DNA of 64,000 nt, from NCBI GenBank assembly GCA_963675665.1, contig OY776510.1, forward strand, positions 4,352,001-4,416,000, given 5' to 3'. Position numbers and translations under genes: made by a program. How positions within the stretch are numbered: the first letter of the stretch is position 1; each line of letters opens with the position of its first letter. This document shows positions 9,710 through 18,628 of this stretch, one piece after another. A model generated the notes under the pieces. It searched no databases. It saw only the letters and a list, made by a program, of their open reading frames with translations, and had not been told where the DNA came from. Origin of the DNA: Spirochaetia bacterium (GTDB taxonomy: Bacteria > Spirochaetota > Spirochaetia > UBA9216).

Positions 9710-10681
9710 ATGAGACTTGTGAAACTGAATAACCTTAAAAATATGACGAGATTATCTTCATCAGGAAGAAAATCTTTTATCCATAAACTTATACCCTTTA
9801 TAGGATTAGTACTTATTGTAATATTCTTTTCAATTCTTACGGAAGGAAGAACGCTAAGTTTCAGAAATTTAAAACTGATTCTCCTGCAGTCGGTAATCAT
9901 GATGATTGCAGGAATAGGACTCACCTTCACGATATCCCACGGAAGCCTGGATTTTTCACTCGGCGGGGTTATGATTTTAAGCGGCGCCCTGGGAGTACGC
10001 GCAGGTGAGATTTCCCCAGGATTTACTCTGCCCACCTGCATAATAATAGGCCTTACATGCAGTCTTATTGTCGTTGGGCTGCACCTGCTGTTAAAAGTTC
10101 CGGTATTTTTATCGGGAATATCAATGATGTTTTTAACCCAGGGTATTACCGGCACTCTGGCCGCACAAAGACCGCTGGCATGTCATTATTCACTGATGAC
10201 ATTTGACGAACCCATTGTTTATTACGGAACCTTGATTGTGATATTTTTCATTACATATATAATTTTTGAATTCACCAAGGTGGGTAAATATAACAAGGCA
10301 ATTGGTTCAAACCATATCGCTGCCGCTACAAGCGGAATAAAAGTAAATAAATACAAAGTTCTTGCGTTTGTTATATCGGGAATTCTGATCGGCATATGCG
10401 GCTTTCTGAGCCTTCTCCGTTCGGGAGGTGTTTCGTCATCCTCCTCCGGACTGGGTTTTGAGGTATTGATTTCGCTGGTTCTCGGAGGTGTATCAATTAC
10501 CGGAGGAGCCGGCACCAGACTCAGAGCGACAATAACAGGATGTTTGATTCTGACCATACTTTCAAACGGACTCGGTTTTTTAAGTGTGGAACCCGCTTAT
10601 ATAGGCAGTATAAAAGGTGTCATATTCCTTGCTGCAATAGCTTTAACATATGAAAGAAAAGCGGGTGAAATAGTTTTGTAA
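9710..10681 (+). CDS. Sugar ABC transporter permease
   Basis: Polytopic membrane protein with GSLDFSLG and AIGSN..AA..SGI motifs. Confidence 0.92.
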   Translation: MRLVKLNNLKNMTRLSSSGRKSFIHKLIPFIGLVLIVIFFSILTEGRTLSFRNLKLILLQSVIMMIAGIGLTFTISHGSLDFSLGGVMILSGALGVRAGEISPGFTLPTCIIIGLTCSLIVVGLHLLLKVPVFLSGISMMFLTQGITGTLAAQRPLACHYSLMTFDEPIVYYGTLIVIFFITYIIFEFTKVGKYNKAIGSNHIAAATSGIKVNKYKVLAFVISGILIGICGFLSLLRSGGVSSSSSGLGFEVLISLVLGGVSITGGAGTRLRATITGCLILTILSNGLGFLSVEPAYIGSIKGVIFLAAIALTYERKAGEIVL

Positions 10682-10733
10682 AACGTATGTTTCGTATGCG
10701 GAATATATGATTTATATACACAGGAGGAGAGAA

Positions 10734-11912
10734 ATGAAAAAAACAAAAAGGATTATCATTGCATTTGCAGCAGTCATTCTGTTGATTGGCCTGCTGGCAG
10801 GATGCATGGATAACAAGGATTCGAAAAACACAGCCGCATCATCAACCGGTGAAGCAAAGACAGTACAGTCTTCGGATCCTCCGGTCAAAAAAATTGCGGT
10901 AATCATAATGGAAACCGATGATTCCGTGATGTCGTCTGTCAAGCGTCTTCTTGATTCAGCGGCCGATGTGCTGAATGTAGAGATCACCTGGAAAACAGGC
11001 GATACCGACGGTGAAACACAGGTCAAAGCGGTAGAAAACGCTGTGGCGGCCGGTATGGACGGCATAATGATTTGGCCGCTTTCAACAGCTGTTATTCCGA
11101 AGATTCATAAAATATGCGATGACGCTGAAATCCCGATTGTGCAGTTTTTCAGGGGAATAGCTGATAAAGAATATGCAGCCCGCGCTGTAAACGAGCCTTT
11201 TTATCTTGGATATACTACCGAAGACGAAGCTCTGGCCGCGCAACTGCTTATTAAACAGCTGGCCGCAAACGGCAGCAGGAATGTATGTATTATAACAATG
11301 TTTCCCGGAGATGCCACATGTGACATCAGAAAAGCGAATTTTCTTTCAACAATGGAAGAAGAAGGCATGACCCTTCTTTCCGAATCGGTTATAACTTCAG
11401 TAGATAAAATCGATACACAAGTTATGGAAATAACAAACAATTTCCTGAGCACCTATCCTGAAATGGACGGCCTTGTGCTCTCTATCGGCAATATCGGTGT
11501 TATCGAAGCCGCCAGAAGCGTAGTCGAGAGCAGAGAAAGCGATATAAAAATAGTATCTTTCGATCATCCCGACAAAAATATCGTGGAAATGTGTGAAGGC
11601 AATTTTGTCGGTTTTGCATCAGGAGCTTACCCCGATCCGCTGTATTCGTTTATAGTAATGTATAACTTTCTGCACGGAACGCCGCTGTCGGACAAGCCCG
11701 TTGAACTTCTTACAAATTACCTTATAGTTAAAAATGCCGCTGACGCAGCAGGGTTTACCAAGTATATAAATTCTGAAACCCTTGTTTTTTCACAGGATGA
11801 AATTAAAATGATGACAAAATTCTATAACCCTGATTTCACCCTTGCTGAGTTAAAAAGGATTATAAACGATTACTCTCTCAAAGATATCGCGGCCAGAGTG
11901 AATACCAAATAG
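10734..11912 (+). CDS. Sugar ABC substrate-binding lipoprotein
   Basis: SD AGGAGG before the ATG at 10734; lipobox LLAGC; periplasmic binding protein type I features. Confidence 0.88.
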   Translation: MKKTKRIIIAFAAVILLIGLLAGCMDNKDSKNTAASSTGEAKTVQSSDPPVKKIAVIIMETDDSVMSSVKRLLDSAADVLNVEITWKTGDTDGETQVKAVENAVAAGMDGIMIWPLSTAVIPKIHKICDDAEIPIVQFFRGIADKEYAARAVNEPFYLGYTTEDEALAAQLLIKQLAANGSRNVCIITMFPGDATCDIRKANFLSTMEEEGMTLLSESVITSVDKIDTQVMEITNNFLSTYPEMDGLVLSIGNIGVIEAARSVVESRESDIKIVSFDHPDKNIVEMCEGNFVGFASGAYPDPLYSFIVMYNFLHGTPLSDKPVELLTNYLIVKNAADAAGFTKYINSETLVFSQDEIKMMTKFYNPDFTLAELKRIINDYSLKDIAARVNTK

Positions 11913-11931
11913 TATAGGCATTAAAAGATAC

Positions 11932-11957
11932 ATAGGGGACGCAAATCCGTCCCCTAT
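11932..11957 (+). other. Intercistronic stem-loop after the binding-protein gene
   Basis: ATAGGGGACG-N6-CGTCCCCTAT, with no U-tract on the coding strand. Confidence 0.6.
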
Positions 11958-11985
11958 AAAAATAATAACCGGCAAAGGTGATAAA

Positions 11986-12963
11986 ATGAACAAAGTACTT
12001 AGAGGCGCCAAAAAGATTCTGATTGCTATATCGATTCCGTGCATCCTTTTCATTCTGATTATGATAATTGTGCCTGAAAGAATTGGATTTCATGTACTGC
12101 CCAGTCTATTGCAGCAGGCTATCATTCCTGCAATACTTGCTCTCGGCGTCTGTTTCGAGATAAAGGTGGGCGTTTGGGATTTTTCCATAGGCGCAAACGT
12201 TATGGTGGCCGGAATAATCGGCGGAAATCTGTCCATGATGTTCGGGCTTGGTATTCCCGGGATGATTATAATATGCACGCTCACCGGGCTGATAATCGGC
12301 ACGCTTACCGGAGCGGTTTATACAGTATTAAAAGTTCCTTCGTTAATCGTATCAATTGGTATGATGCTGGTTCTTGAGAGTATAAGCGCTATCATTTTCA
12401 ACGGTCAGGGCGCCAACATGTCGAAGGAATTCCTGGCGGTGGGTGAATTCCCCATTAACCTGATTGTGGGCATAGCGGCATTTGTAATTGCCTATTATTT
12501 TTATAACGTCAGGAAATTCGGATACCAGCTTCGGGCTACGGGAAACGGGATAGCCGAGGCAAAGCTTAACGGAATAAATGTACATGTTGTCAGGCTGCTT
12601 GCATTCTCCACAGCCGGACTTCTGGCTGGCATCTATTCATTTATGACATTGGGAAGTTCAGGCGTTGTAAGAATTGTAACAAACATGGGCAGCATGGGAG
12701 TGGTTTTCGGCGCCATTATGTGCGTATTGATTGCTTTCGCTATCGAAAAATCCGTTAATCTTATTGTCGGAATCGTTATAGGCAGTATTACTGTTCAGAT
12801 AATCAAAATCGGAATACTGACCATAGGATTGCCGAGCGCTTTTCAACAGGTAATCATCGTAATACTGTTGCTGATATTCCTGGCAATTAATACAAAGGTT
12901 GATGATTTTAAAGGCATGATGAGAAGGTTTAAACGAAAACAGGAATTAAGCAGGCAGGCGTGA
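11986..12963 (+). CDS. Sugar ABC transporter permease (second)
   Basis: Polytopic membrane protein with GVWDFSIG and ATGNG..EAKLNGIN motifs. Confidence 0.92.
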   Translation: MNKVLRGAKKILIAISIPCILFILIMIIVPERIGFHVLPSLLQQAIIPAILALGVCFEIKVGVWDFSIGANVMVAGIIGGNLSMMFGLGIPGMIIICTLTGLIIGTLTGAVYTVLKVPSLIVSIGMMLVLESISAIIFNGQGANMSKEFLAVGEFPINLIVGIAAFVIAYYFYNVRKFGYQLRATGNGIAEAKLNGINVHVVRLLAFSTAGLLAGIYSFMTLGSSGVVRIVTNMGSMGVVFGAIMCVLIAFAIEKSVNLIVGIVIGSITVQIIKIGILTIGLPSAFQQVIIVILLLIFLAINTKVDDFKGMMRRFKRKQELSRQA

Positions 12964-13014
12964 AATCAAAATCCTGAATTTTTATTGATGCTTTAATACA
13001 TAAGGAAATAGATT

Positions 13015-14127
13015 ATGAGTTTTTTGGGAACCTCAATGAGGGATATATACCGGGAAAGAAAAGGCCGCAGAATGCGGGAATCAAGTTACGACAGATCCGG
13101 AGGCAACGCGGACTTTTATCTGATAAAACCTGTGTCCAAAGCTACTGTCTTCGATGCGGCTTCAACGGGATGCATTACGCATATCTGGGTTACAATCGGA
13201 GTGCCGGGCGGGAATCCCGTATGGGGAGCTTTTATGATGGAGCGAAAGGTTGTCATAAGAATGTTCTGGGACAATGAAACATCTCCCTCGGTTGAAGCCC
13301 CGATAGGCGACTTTTTTGGAATGGGTCACGGTATTTCCAGAAACTTTGTCTCGGCTCCGCTGACCATGTGCCCTCAGGATGGAAAAGGTTACAACTGCTA
13401 TTTCCCGATGCCATATCAAAAAGGGGCAAGAATAGAAATAGAAAATGAATCGGAAAACTCTTTAATGTTCTATTTCTATATTGATTATGAACAATATGAA
13501 GAGCCCGTCGACAGCGACCTGCGTTTTCATGCCAGATGGAAAAGAGAAATAACAAAGGGTATTGATGACAAGACAATGTCGGGAGTACAGTACCAGATGG
13601 GCGGCCGGAATCTGGATGGAGCAGCAAACTATGTAATTATGGAAGCCGAAGGTAAAGGGCATTATGTCGGATGCAATATGAATATCCACAACCTCCGTTA
13701 TACAAACCAGTTTAACTGGCCCGGAGAAGGAGACGACATGATATTCATCGACGGAGAACCCTGGCCTCCAAGACTTCATGGTACCGGAACGGAAGATTAC
13801 TTTAACACTGCTTATTGTCCCCAGCAGGAATTCAATACGCCTTACAGCGGCATAATTCTTCCGGGCGGACCGAACTGGAGCGGGAAAATTACATATTACA
13901 GGTACCACATCCAGGATCCGATAATGTTCGATAAATCAATAAAGGTGACAATTGAACATGGACATAACAATCACAGGTCAGATGACTATTCATCAACAGC
14001 CTATTGGTATCAGACCGAACCTCACATGAAATATGAACCAATAATACCGGCAGACAAAAGGTTGCCGCTTGACGATATAGTATTCGACTCTAACGAATTA
14101 GCCGATGTTTTGGGTTTGAAGGAATAA
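13015..14127 (+). CDS. Glycoside hydrolase family 172 (DUF2961), cytoplasmic
   Basis: SSYDRSGGNAD, PIGDFFG, GEGDDMIFIDGE, GTGTEDYFN, IEHGH and AYWYQ motifs; no signal peptide. Confidence 0.9.
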   Translation: MSFLGTSMRDIYRERKGRRMRESSYDRSGGNADFYLIKPVSKATVFDAASTGCITHIWVTIGVPGGNPVWGAFMMERKVVIRMFWDNETSPSVEAPIGDFFGMGHGISRNFVSAPLTMCPQDGKGYNCYFPMPYQKGARIEIENESENSLMFYFYIDYEQYEEPVDSDLRFHARWKREITKGIDDKTMSGVQYQMGGRNLDGAANYVIMEAEGKGHYVGCNMNIHNLRYTNQFNWPGEGDDMIFIDGEPWPPRLHGTGTEDYFNTAYCPQQEFNTPYSGIILPGGPNWSGKITYYRYHIQDPIMFDKSIKVTIEHGHNNHRSDDYSSTAYWYQTEPHMKYEPIIPADKRLPLDDIVFDSNELADVLGLKE

Positions 14128-14154
14128 ACGCTCATTTAATGATTAAAATAAATC

Positions 14155-14535
14155 TTAATGGCCCCGCTTCCTGCGCTTCTTTTTCTGCCGGTTCAGCTGA
14201 TATCGTTCATCAGCTCTGATTCTGTGTGTTTCGGATTTCTGCTTTTTTAATAATTTCATCTGTTGTTCAAGTGCAGCCTTGTAAACAGCCTGCGATTTAT
14301 TCCCCATTCTTTTCTCTTCTTTCGGAGAATACTGCCGTTTCAGTCTGAAATCATGAGAACCTTTCAGGAACCGCAGGTTATCATAATCCGTTAAATAAAA
14401 CCGGAGCAATTCGGCATTTCCCGGTTCGGGTCCGAATACATATCTTGCCGTCATTATTGAATCTGAGGAAATTTTTTCTACAAGCGCAATCCAGAACTGT
14501 CCGTCATACATGACAGTTGTTTTTACCGTTTCCAT
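14155..14535 (-). CDS. yjdF: YjdF family protein (DUF2992)
   Basis: TVMYDGQFWIALVE, YVFGPEP and a basic C-terminus KKKRRKRGH; preceded by a yjdF-like RNA. Confidence 0.88.
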   Translation of the reverse strand: METVKTTVMYDGQFWIALVEKISSDSIMTARYVFGPEPGNAELLRFYLTDYDNLRFLKGSHDFRLKRQYSPKEEKRMGNKSQAVYKAALEQQMKLLKKQKSETHRIRADERYQLNRQKKKRRKRGH

Positions 14536-14561
14536 ATAAGCCTCCGAACGTAACTATACGG

Positions 14562-14670
14562 AGGCAAAAACGGACATCTGGCGTGATGGATACTGAATCT
14601 ATAAGTCCGGGTTTTTCCCGAAACCTTCGATCGCCCGGACTACCTGCGGGGCCGTGTTTTTTCTTTGCCT
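14562..14670 (-). ncRNA. yjdF-type (azaaromatic) riboswitch aptamer
   Basis: Reverse strand: AGGCAAAGA-AAAAACACG...GGUAGUCCGG...UCAGUAUCC...GAUGUCCG-UUUUUGCCU. It has a closing P1 and the recalled conserved blocks of the yjdF motif, and lies directly upstream of yjdF. Confidence 0.82.
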
Positions 14671-14692
14671 GAAATTAGAGTTATATAAAATA

Positions 14693-14716
14693 TGAATAAA
14701 AACCGGTTTTTATTCA
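14693..14716. other. Perfect 24-bp palindrome downstream of the AOR stop
   Basis: TGAATAAAAACCGGTTTTTATTCA. Confidence 0.5.
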
Positions 14717-14731
14717 AGGGGCCACGGTCTT

Positions 14732-16567
14732 CTACGCAACGACTTCTTCAAGCCCAAGTTCTTTAATCTTGTCCGCAGAAACAAGTCCGTTTTCATTCCA
14801 GCCGCGGAATCTGTAGTAATCCTCAAGCATCGTACCGAAAGGCGGCAGCTCATTGGTTCCGCCGCCGCGGCGGTGAGTCAGTATTCTTTCAGGCAGGGTA
14901 TCATCCTTGCGCGAAAGTCCGATCCGCTGGTTGTAAAGGCGTTTCAGATTGAAAATACGTTCGCCTGTTTTAAGAAATTCTTCAACGGTCATACTCCACC
15001 CGGTAGAGGCATTCATATAATCAAGTGTGTGCTGAACCATCAGGCCGCCGTAACGGGCGAATTTGCATATGCAGAGGGAATCAAACAGGCACGACCAGTC
15101 CTGCATGCGCGCAACTATTGCCGCTTTCTTTGGTGAAAATCGGCCTTCCGACGCTTCTACACCCAGGTTTTCTACGTACGCTTCTTCATAATCCTGGGTA
15201 AAAGACAGATGACATGCTCCCCGGTTTGAAGTGGCGTATGCAAGCGCAAGAGAGAAATTCGCCCTCGGATCATGAGCCGGTAATTCAAGGCCTTTAACCT
15301 GCTGTGTGAAGGCTTCAGCTTCAGGACCTATCTTTTGTGAAAAACTGCGTGCGCCGTCGGCCATCATCTCACCGAGTTTTCCCTCGCGCCTGCACATCTT
15401 CTCAAGCGCCTGCAGAGCCGCCGCGCCGTTTCCGAAACAAAGTTCAATTCCATCCGTGTCGTCAAGCGTAAGAAGTCCCTTTTCAAACGATTCCATCGCA
15501 ACGGCAAGCGTGTTGCCTGCAGATATGGTATCTATACCGTAACGGTTGCATATTTCATTCTCTTTCAGAATAACATCATAATCATCTATAAGAAGGTTCG
15601 AACCCATAAGCCCCACGGTTTCGTATTCAGGCGCGGCAATCTGTTCGCCGTCGTAGGGCCCGCCCTTTGCCGTTCCCGTCTTTCCGCATGCTATCGGGCA
15701 TTTTCCACAGGCATAATTTCCGAGATTATGGGTTTTGATTGTCGTATAACCTTTAATCCTCTCTGCGCCTTCCGGCCAGTTTCCCTGATACCAGTTTTTT
15801 ATAGGCAGGTTTCCTACCTCTTCAAAGAAATCCAGGGCACATGTAGTTCCGGCTTCATGCATACCGGCAGCGTCCTCTTTCATTGATTTGTTAAGCGACT
15901 TGTTTATCTGCTTGACCCGGTCAGCATCCGCTATTTCGGGAACGGTATTCCCGGCTACAACAACAGCCTTCAGGTTTTTCGAACCCATTACCGCTCCGAG
16001 CCCGCAGCGTCCGGCCGCCCTGCCGTGTGCGCCGTCGGCGATTATTGCGGCCACCTTTATCAGGTTCTCCCCGGAGGGCCCGATACATGCAACCTCGCAG
16101 CCCTTTCCTTCGGCGACCTTCAGTTCGCGCTGGGTCATGAATGTATCTTTGCCCCAGTAAGTTCCGGCCGGTTTGATTGAGACTTCTTCGTCGCTGACTT
16201 TCAGGTAAACGGGGGCATCAGCCTTTCCGCGCACAATGATTGCATCATAACCGGTTTTCTTGAACCGGCTTCCCCATTTCCCGCCGCAGGAAGCCTCGCC
16301 GTAAATTCCGGATTGGGGCGATTTACCGACAATTTCAAAACGATCCGAATTAAACCCTGCAGTGGCCGATACTGGTCCGGTTGCCCAGATCATCACATTG
16401 TCCGGCCCCAGCGGATCGGTATCCGGACCGGTAAGATCATAAAGCATTTTAGCCCCGAATCCGCTGCCGCCTATCCAGGTCCTGGCAAATTCTTCAGTAA
16501 TATCAACTGTATCTACAGTTCCTTTCGTCAGGTCAATATCCAGATACTTTCCATGATAACCCTTCAT
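14732..16567 (-). CDS. Aldehyde:ferredoxin oxidoreductase family protein (W/Mo-pterin)
   Basis: GRCGLGAVMGSKNLKA, CGKCPIAC, PEYET, DTIS and RGACH motifs. Confidence 0.93.
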   Translation of the reverse strand: MKGYHGKYLDIDLTKGTVDTVDITEEFARTWIGGSGFGAKMLYDLTGPDTDPLGPDNVMIWATGPVSATAGFNSDRFEIVGKSPQSGIYGEASCGGKWGSRFKKTGYDAIIVRGKADAPVYLKVSDEEVSIKPAGTYWGKDTFMTQRELKVAEGKGCEVACIGPSGENLIKVAAIIADGAHGRAAGRCGLGAVMGSKNLKAVVVAGNTVPEIADADRVKQINKSLNKSMKEDAAGMHEAGTTCALDFFEEVGNLPIKNWYQGNWPEGAERIKGYTTIKTHNLGNYACGKCPIACGKTGTAKGGPYDGEQIAAPEYETVGLMGSNLLIDDYDVILKENEICNRYGIDTISAGNTLAVAMESFEKGLLTLDDTDGIELCFGNGAAALQALEKMCRREGKLGEMMADGARSFSQKIGPEAEAFTQQVKGLELPAHDPRANFSLALAYATSNRGACHLSFTQDYEEAYVENLGVEASEGRFSPKKAAIVARMQDWSCLFDSLCICKFARYGGLMVQHTLDYMNASTGWSMTVEEFLKTGERIFNLKRLYNQRIGLSRKDDTLPERILTHRRGGGTNELPPFGTMLEDYYRFRGWNENGLVSADKIKELGLEEVVA

Positions 16568-16580
16568 ATCTTTCTATCCC

Positions 16581-17510
16581 CTATTTTAAGTTTGCAGCCA
16601 GTTCGGCAATAGCTTCGGCGGTGAAACCGAACCGCTCCTTAAGATACGGAAGCGCTCCGACCTCTCCGAATTCTTCCTTTATACCGTGCGTTACAACTTT
16701 TACCGGATAATTAGCCGCAAGAAATGTTGCTACTGCCGACCCCATCCCTGTTGCCGCCTGGTGATTTTCGCAGGTCAGAATCGCTCCCGTTTTTTTCGCA
16801 TATTCAAGGACAAGATCTTCATCAATCGGTTTAACTGTGTGCATGTCGATTACAGCAGCATTAATTCCCTTTTCAGCGAGAAGCCCGGCCGCCTTCAGGG
16901 CCTCCGGAACAAGTATAAAACCCGTTGCTATAATGGTCAGATCGGTTCCGTCGCGCAGGACCTTGCCCTTTCCGAGTTCAAATGTCTCGCCGTCGTTGTA
17001 AATCCGGTTTGAATCCTTTCGGTGCAGACGAAGATATGTACAATTAGGCGATGCGGCAGCCTGCATGACAAGCGCCTTAAGCGAAATAATGTCAGAAGGT
17101 TCATAGATGATCAGATTCGGCGTATTTCTCATAATACCGAAATCTTCAAAGGTCATATGGGTTCCGCCGTTATACTGGCAGCTTATTCCGGGGTCGGTTC
17201 CGGTCAGGTTAACATTCAATCCGGAATAATTGGATGATATAAAGAACTGATCATAAATACGTCTTGACGCAAAACAGGCAAAGGTATTTGCAAAAGGAAT
17301 CTTCCCCATTGAGGAAAGCCCGGAAGCAATTCCTATCATATTGGCCTCGGCCACTCCTGTATTAATTGACTGTTCAGGAAATTCCCTGAAAAAGGCAGTC
17401 AGGCCGTCTGCTCCCATGAGATCCGCATCAAGGGCAACAATATCCCGGTTTTCTCTCGCAAGCTCCATCAGTGTTTCACAGTATACATCACGCATATCCT
17501 TGTCAGGCAT
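16581..17510 (-). CDS. Transketolase, C-terminal subunit (split TK)
   Basis: ALDADL, GVAEANM, GGTHM and DMHTVKPID motifs. Confidence 0.93.
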   Translation of the reverse strand: MPDKDMRDVYCETLMELARENRDIVALDADLMGADGLTAFFREFPEQSINTGVAEANMIGIASGLSSMGKIPFANTFACFASRRIYDQFFISSNYSGLNVNLTGTDPGISCQYNGGTHMTFEDFGIMRNTPNLIIYEPSDIISLKALVMQAAASPNCTYLRLHRKDSNRIYNDGETFELGKGKVLRDGTDLTIIATGFILVPEALKAAGLLAEKGINAAVIDMHTVKPIDEDLVLEYAKKTGAILTCENHQAATGMGSAVATFLAANYPVKVVTHGIKEEFGEVGALPYLKERFGFTAEAIAELAANLK

Positions 17511-18345
17511 AAGTCTTCTCCTTTTCCGTTAAAGCTGCAATAGCGGAGTCCCTGTCATCAGGGCTGAATGCCATGTTGTGACTCGCAAGTTTTTCTTCTG
17601 CAAAGGCAGCGCCCTTGCCCTTGATTGTATCCAGAATAATCATCGAAGGTCGTCCGGCAGCTTTTTGGGCCCGTCCGACTGCATCAACTATCAAATCTGT
17701 TCTGTGACCGTCCACTCTCTGAACATGCCAGTTGAATGCGGACCATTTTGCGCCCAGATCATCAAGATTCATTATATCTCTTGTATACCCGTCGATATTC
17801 ATCTTGTTGTAATCGGTAAATGCTATCAGGTTATCAAGACCGTAGTGGGATGCGGCCATAGCTGCTTCCCATATCTGGCCTTCATCACTTTCACCGTCTC
17901 CGATAATTGCGTAAACGTAATTATTGAATTTATTCATTCTGCAACCCAGGGCTATCCCGATAGCTGCGGAAAGCCCCTGGCCCAGGGAACCGGTGCTCAT
18001 GTCTATTCCCGGCGTCCGTTTTCTGTCGCAATGACTGGGCAGATTGGTCCCGCCCTGGTTTAATGTTGCAAGCCATTCAACCGGGAAAAAACCCTTATCG
18101 GCCAGAACAGCGTAAAGAGCAGGACCGGCATGTCCCTTTGAAAGTACAAGCCTGTCGCGATCTTCCTTTCCCGGGTTTTCCGGATCCACATTCATGCATT
18201 CATAGTACAATGCAGTAAGCACCTCAACTATCGACAATGAACCGCCTATATGGCCGATGCCGATATCTCCGATGGCCTTGATAATCATCTTCCTTATCTT
18301 CAGGGCTTTCAGTTCCATTTCCCCTGATCCTTTTTTCAGACTCAT
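17503..18345 (-). CDS. Transketolase, N-terminal TPP-binding subunit (split TK)
   Basis: GHIGGSLS, LSKGHAGP, TGSLGQG and GDGESDEGQIWE motifs. Confidence 0.95.
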   Translation of the reverse strand: MSLKKGSGEMELKALKIRKMIIKAIGDIGIGHIGGSLSIVEVLTALYYECMNVDPENPGKEDRDRLVLSKGHAGPALYAVLADKGFFPVEWLATLNQGGTNLPSHCDRKRTPGIDMSTGSLGQGLSAAIGIALGCRMNKFNNYVYAIIGDGESDEGQIWEAAMAASHYGLDNLIAFTDYNKMNIDGYTRDIMNLDDLGAKWSAFNWHVQRVDGHRTDLIVDAVGRAQKAAGRPSMIILDTIKGKGAAFAEEKLASHNMAFSPDDRDSAIAALTEKEKTYA

Positions 18346-18501
18346 AAAATTCTCCTCAACCGGATAAATTCCCGGAGTATTTTTAACAAGCTGCCGAAAT
18401 GTTAAGTAACGTGATTCCGTTATGCATAACTCATCCGGAAGTTTATTAAAGACCTCCTGAAATATCTGTCCGAAAAATATAATTCATGATATATTTTAAA
18501 T

Positions 18502-18622
18502 GGAGCCCGTTCCCGGGTCTAATCCGGTTTGCCGGGCTCCGTACAACATCGGCTGTTTCCCCGCCGCCTTTCGGCGACGTTCCGTATGGAGTAACTCCAT
18601 CAGGAGTGTTTGGGGAAACAGC
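18502..18622 (-). other. Structured intercistronic RNA (branched stem plus a second hairpin)
   Basis: An 11-bp stem (18552-18562/18612-18622) encloses two hairpins, one with a GAAA tetraloop. A second stem pairs 18502-18509 with 18533-18540. Confidence 0.55.
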
Positions 18623-18628
18623 TTTTTT

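Noticed and set aside
18502-18540. c-di-GMP-I-like GGCAAACC
   Set aside because: There is no GNRA-capped P2 and no following GCAAAG/P3 receptor; the segment closes as a simple hairpin.
18560-18612. Hammerhead-like CUGAUG...GAAA on the - strand
   Set aside because: The core reads CUGAUGG rather than CUGANGA, and the GAAA is a hairpin tetraloop rather than a junction strand.
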